Made by a program: the position numbers and the translations under genes | In this document: positions 59,435 through 64,000 of the stretch, one piece after another | Layout of the letters: the number at the start of each line of letters is the position of its first letter | How positions within the stretch are numbered: the stretch's first letter is position 1 | Notes under the pieces: generated by a model | What the model saw: only the letters and a program-made list of their open reading frames with translations | What the model was told of the DNA's origin: nothing | Database searches by the model: none | NCBI GenBank assembly: GCA_020184695.1 | Contig: JAANOX010000126.1 | Span: 645,897-709,896, forward strand | Direction of reading: 5' to 3' | Source: Histomonas meleagridis 2922-C6/04-290x | Lineage: Eukaryota > Protista > Parabasalia | DNA length: 64,000 nucleotides

Positions 59435-60034
59435 ATGCAAGCGAGCGAAGAAGCACCACAAAACAATGATACCCTTGTTGTTTTTTATTCAAGGACTGGT
59501 CACGTCAAGAAAATGGCTGAAATAATTCAAAAGGAAACAAACGCAGATATATTTGAAGTTCGAACCACAGAAGAAGATAAGTACTCTGACTCATACATTA
59601 CAGCTTGCTTCCAAGCAAGTAAACATTGTTTAACAGGTTTTCTTCCAAAACTTGCTGGAACAGTAGATGTTACCAAATATCAAAAAATTTTCATTGGAAC
59701 ACCTGTTTGGTGTTGGACTGTTTCCAGGCCAATAGCTTCTTTTCTAAAAAACATTGATTTATCAGGAAAAACAATTATTCCATTTATCAGTGAAGGAGGA
59801 AGTGGCCATGAACGAGCATTAAACGCAATGAAAGAAGAAGCGCTAAATGCGACATTCCTTGGCGAATATCTTTTTAATGAGAAGAAGGCCCCGACTGATC
59901 TTGAAAAAGATATCAAAGATTGGATCGAAGCATTGAATAAAAAACCAGAAAACAAGGAAAATGAACCAACTAAAGAAAACAGAGAAGTTTCTCCAAGTGA
60001 AACACCAGAAAATAATGAGCAACCTAATCAATAA
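59435..60034 (+). CDS. Flavodoxin-like protein (bacterial type)
   Basis: VFYSRTGHV (FMN phosphate loop), IFIGTPVWCWT, PFISEGGSG; TCACT Inr-like motif near 59398. Confidence 0.88.
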   Translation: MQASEEAPQNNDTLVVFYSRTGHVKKMAEIIQKETNADIFEVRTTEEDKYSDSYITACFQASKHCLTGFLPKLAGTVDVTKYQKIFIGTPVWCWTVSRPIASFLKNIDLSGKTIIPFISEGGSGHERALNAMKEEALNATFLGEYLFNEKKAPTDLEKDIKDWIEALNKKPENKENEPTKENREVSPSETPENNEQPNQ

Positions 60035-60106
60035 ACAAAATCATTATGAATGTCAAATTTTATTACAAAGAACAAATTTACATATTGTTCAATGTGAAGA
60101 AAATTC

Positions 60107-60427
60107 ATGTTTTGCATTATCATTTTTCTGATTTACAAAAAATTGAATAACAAGATAGCATACATGAAGTTATTGCCTATAGACATTATTAAAATGCTAT
60201 TTCATCAAAATTTCATTATAATTCTCAAAGAGCTTGTTTATACGCTTCTAGATGCACACCTTCCTAGAGAACTGATTGCATTTTCTAAACATGCAGGTAG
60301 AAAGAATATCCAAGACGAAGATATGTATTTATATTGCAGGAAAACATCGCTTAGAGAGCACTTAATCGAATATCGCTCAACTCTTGTTGAATCACCAAAA
60401 AAGCAAACGCGTAAAAAAGGAAATTAA
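60107..60427 (+). CDS. CENP-S/MHF1-like histone-fold protein (start uncertain)
   Basis: FIIILKELVY...LIAFSKHAGRKNIQDEDMYLYCRK matches the CENP-S DLEAFAKHAGRxTIxxxDV pattern. Confidence 0.72.
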   Translation: MFCIIIFLIYKKLNNKIAYMKLLPIDIIKMLFHQNFIIILKELVYTLLDAHLPRELIAFSKHAGRKNIQDEDMYLYCRKTSLREHLIEYRSTLVESPKKQTRKKGN

Positions 60428-60681
60428 TTTCCTTCTTAATATTAAATTTTATACTTATAATTTTTATTTTATCATTGTCCATTTCACCATTTTTTCTTTA
60501 AGATAAATTAATTTAAAATTTTAATATCAATTAATTATTTCAGAAATATTTTGTTTTTCATCAAAAAAATTATAAAAGTAAAGATTTAAAAAAATAATGC
60601 TTTAATATAATAGCATAATGTGTTTAAAATAATTAAAAATTTTTGCAATTTAATAAGTAAATTTTTACAACAATGTTCATC

Positions 60682-61030
60682 TCATGATTTTAATTTTTTA
60701 AATAACACATAAAATTTTGGATTTTGTTGATATTTTTCAATAACGAAATCAAGTAACGATTTTTCATTTAAAAGTTTGAGTATATCACATTTCAAAAGCA
60801 ATTCTAATTGTGACAACGAAAAATTTTGTTCTATTATTTCTTCAAAATGCTTTGCACCATATTCAATTTCTTTGTCAATATTAATTCCTGCTTTCGTTTT
60901 AATATTAAAAATATTAATTAAATTGTCATTATTGATTTCAAGAGGTAATTTTTCTATAAGTTCTGGATTTTATATTTCCTGTATTATTAATACCTTTAGT
61001 TTCTATTTCACGCATAAGTTCAGTACAAAC
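60682..61030 (-). pseudogene. BTB/BACK-like host gene fragment
   Basis: A frame with no ATG reads NPELIEKLPLEINNDNLINIFNIK...EIEYGAKHFEEI...LSQLELLLKCDILKLLNEKSLLDFVI and ends TGA at 60682. Confidence 0.5.
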
Positions 61031-62098
61031 TAATCTTTTACAGTTGGATATACCTTTTTCTTTTTCAAAAATAAAACCATAACTTCCTTGTTTTGGGTAG
61101 ATTTGAAAATAATCAGCTAGGACACTTATTCTCCAGCTATAATCGGTATCATAACCATCACTAGCATGCATATCTATGTAAGGATATATTTCTAAAACAC
61201 CATCGTTTTTTATGACTGCAATTGAAGGAACACTAATATCTAAATTTGAATCTGAAGGTCTAGAATTTAAAGCAAAACCATTAATTGTTGAACAATGAAT
61301 ATCTTCTGTATTTGTACCTGTAGGAATATCTGTTAAATCATTATAACTATGTGTATGATTTGACGCAGCATATTTTGTATCATGATTATGATCTTTTGAA
61401 GCATACTCTTCATGTGTATGATCTGCTGGTGGAAATGTTTCAGGTTTATCATTTAAATCATTATAACTATGTGAATTATCTGTTGAAGCATAGTTTGTAT
61501 GCTCATGATCTTTGTTAGCATAAATCTCATCATGATTATGATAATTTAAAGATATTTTAGTTGTAACTACATTATTAATAGTTGCACATTTAATATTACC
61601 ATTACTTCCAAAACTTAATAATGAACCAGTTTTTGATTTATAATCTAATTAATTAGTATTAGCAGTTATTTTCCATGTATTATCTTTATCGTAATCTGCA
61701 TTATTATGCATATCAATATATTGTCCAACTTCTACAACACCATCTTCTTTTAATGTGATAATAGATGAAACATATAATTTTGTATCCCATTTACCACCTT
61801 CTGCAGTTGACAATTGAAAACCATTTAATGAAGTAACTTGTACATTCCCATATACTGTTGAATCATTATTTATTGTATTATGAGTATGACTTTTTGTAGA
61901 ATATTTTTCATCTGATTGTGATTTATTATAATATAATTGTGGGATTGTAATCGAAGTTATAGTATTAAGTTTTTCTGTTATTTGATCATTTGTAGGATAA
62001 TTTTCTGAAACTTCTTGTAAGTCATCTTCATCGATAATATCATAAGCAGCAACAACATTAGTTTTTATACCTTTCGTAGCATTCTCAATACTAAACAT
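60938..62098 (-). pseudogene. Phage-tail-fiber-like protein of a Maverick/Polinton-like element, with one internal TAA (61649-61651)
   Basis: ORF 61649-62098 continues in frame past the TAA into ORF 60938-61171; HxH repeats (DHTHEEY, DHNHDTKY, NHTHSYNDLTDIP) and a duplicated GVxExxxYIDMH domain. Confidence 0.75.
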
Positions 62099-63430
62099 TG
62101 ATAAAAATTATTTTTTTTTATTTAATGAATTAATAATAATAATTTTAGCATAAAATATTCTGGATCAATTTCTTTACCATTCATTTTTTTAAACCATATT
62201 TTAAAATTGGGTTTTCTACTTTTATATTCATATTTCTTATATTTAGTTCGATTGTCATTCGTATAAATACAAAAATGATCTTCATAATGATCACGTTCAA
62301 TAAAATCTGCGTGCATTGAAACACTAGATACTTAGTAATCCTTAAATTTACACTTGTTATTGCGTTGCATCAAAGATAATCTTGATGTTGGATAACATAA
62401 ATGATCAATAATAAATAATAATGAATGATAAATATTTAAAATACATTATGATAAATAATAGATTAATTAATGATCTATAAATGCGAAAATTAGAATATAA
62501 TGTTTTAATAATCATCAACTAAATTTTGAATGCAATCTAATTGAGATTTAAAAATCTAATTCAATAAAATTAATAAAACTCTGATATAGTCAATAATTAT
62601 TGATATTTATTAATATAATAGTAAAAAAATTATTAGTTTATCATTTTTAGTGGAAATATTTTTATTTTAAATAGAAAATCACTTTTGAGTTAAATATCGT
62701 ACGTCAAATTTTGTTGAATGTGTTGTTTTTATTTACATTTTTTCCACGTAAGAATTGAATACTCATTCAATAATTCAATACGACTCAATTATTTTGGTAA
62801 ATATCATCATTTTTTCCCATGAATATAAGATATTTTAATCCAAAAAAACATTATAGATATATATTCTTGGATGTGTAGATTCGATTAATGCTATTGGAAT
62901 TTTAAAATAAAAATATTTTTTCAAATTAATCTTATTTCATTTTAGAATTAATTTTTTGAAGATTTAACATTAAATTATTTTATTACTTTATATAAGCTAT
63001 ATTATATATTAATTTTATCGAAAATTATTAAGTTTGATTTTAGCCATACTAAAATATTTTCAAGTTTTTCTTTTGAAATTTTTGTTTTAATATTTATAAT
63101 ACTATCTAGTGATAAATATCCTGTACCTTCTTTTCTAGATGATAAAGTAAATGATCCTTCAGAGTGAGGGAATGCTATTCCAGGAAATGGTATACGGATA
63201 ATTCAATATAAATAGTATATCATTAGTAATAACCCTTTCATCACCATCTAGTTGCTTAATTATATCAGGTATTTTATTATAATATAAATGCATTATATTA
63301 GAATAATTATTTGATATACGAAGTTTTTTATCTTCACTCTTTTGAGCGTTTTCTTATAACATTGATTATATTAAAATCTTTTACGATTGTATCAAATACA
63401 TTTGGTGGGATATAATTCATATCAAACATT
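60938..63430 (-). mobile_element. Degenerate Maverick/Polinton-like endogenous virus relic
   Basis: Fiber-like gene, an adjacent ORF 62122-62316 (HADFIERDHYEDHFCIYTN...KKYEY...FKIWF) resembling a trichomonad Maverick gene family from memory, and broken coding frames at 63100-63430, all on the minus strand. Confidence 0.6.
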
Positions 63431-63445
63431 TCTATAACATAAATG

Positions 63446-63598
63446 ACAAGAAAATGATGATTCAGTAATTATAAGAACATTCATATAAACATTCATTAAA
63501 AGTTATTGATACTCTGTGGATTTAAGCGCGAATAACAAGAAAATTGATTTTCAGTAATGATAAGAATATTCATATAAACATTAATTAAAAGTTATTGC
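63446..63598. repeat. Imperfect ~64-nt direct repeat, period 89 nt
   Basis: ACAAGAAAAT...TTCAGTAAT.ATAAGAA.ATTCATATAAACATT.ATTAAAAGTTATTG starts at 63446 and 63535. Confidence 0.8.
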
Positions 63599-64000
63599 AA
63601 TCGACGAATGAGAGCATTAACCGCTCAAAAATACTTCTTAATTCATTCGAATAGTTATTGAAAGTTGAAGGAAGAATCCTATAAAAATACTACTACTAAA
63701 AAAGTTATTGGCTAAAGGAAATTCAAAAATGTTCTGTGAGTTTCTCCGTTTGAGTGATATGACGTGAATTTTGCAAGTTTAATATAAGAAATAACAGTAA
63801 TTATCCAATATAATTGATTGTTATAGTTAATAATGATTAAATTTAGTTTTAATTTCAAAATTTTTAAGTATAACAGCAATACTATAAGGTTAAATAAAGT
63901 GAAAAAGAATTTTAAATAATAGGAAATTAAAGAATAAAATAACGAGCGACCGTTAAGAGAATTAAAAAATAATTAATAAATAAAAAAGTTTAATAAATAA

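Noticed and set aside
1-64000. tRNA, rRNA or snoRNA genes
   Set aside because: No cloverleaf, rRNA-like or C/D-box structure recognised by eye; tRNAscan-SE or Infernal would be needed to exclude them.

Overview
Very AT-rich, compact eukaryotic DNA with essentially no canonical introns. Gene content (BspA-like LRR protein, DUF3447-ankyrin family, M3/M5-type core promoter on RPL8, Maverick-like relic) indicates a parabasalid protist, probably Tritrichomonas-like (inference). Ordinary intact genes include HSP70 (3' end), a TKL kinase, an RCC1-repeat protein, a CAMK kinase, an Arl GTPase, a TBC GAP, Tom40-like, uridine phosphorylase, Vps11-like, RPL8, an FG nucleoporin, PMT, MPG, flavodoxin and CENP-S-like. 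They alternate with AT-rich islands holding five DUF3447-ankyrin genes and transposon or virus debris. Main observation: in all five ankyrin genes, every ankyrin repeat is interrupted at the same position (between ...INAKD and TAL...) by an AT-rich spacer. By hand count there are 49 spacers. 32 are exactly 80 nt, even between strongly diverged copies. 44 block translation by frameshift or stop. 38 have TGG starting exactly 24 nt before the Thr codon, whatever the spacer length (46-86 nt). There is no conserved GT-AG and no ACTAAC branch site. The ~90-nt ankyrin modules stay stop-free, with a conserved framework and variable binding-surface positions. This suggests an uncharacterised removal or recoding step (non-canonical ~68-nt introns, ribosomal bypass, or DNA-level shuffling sites). 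Concerted decay of pseudogenes cannot be excluded without RNA or protein data.
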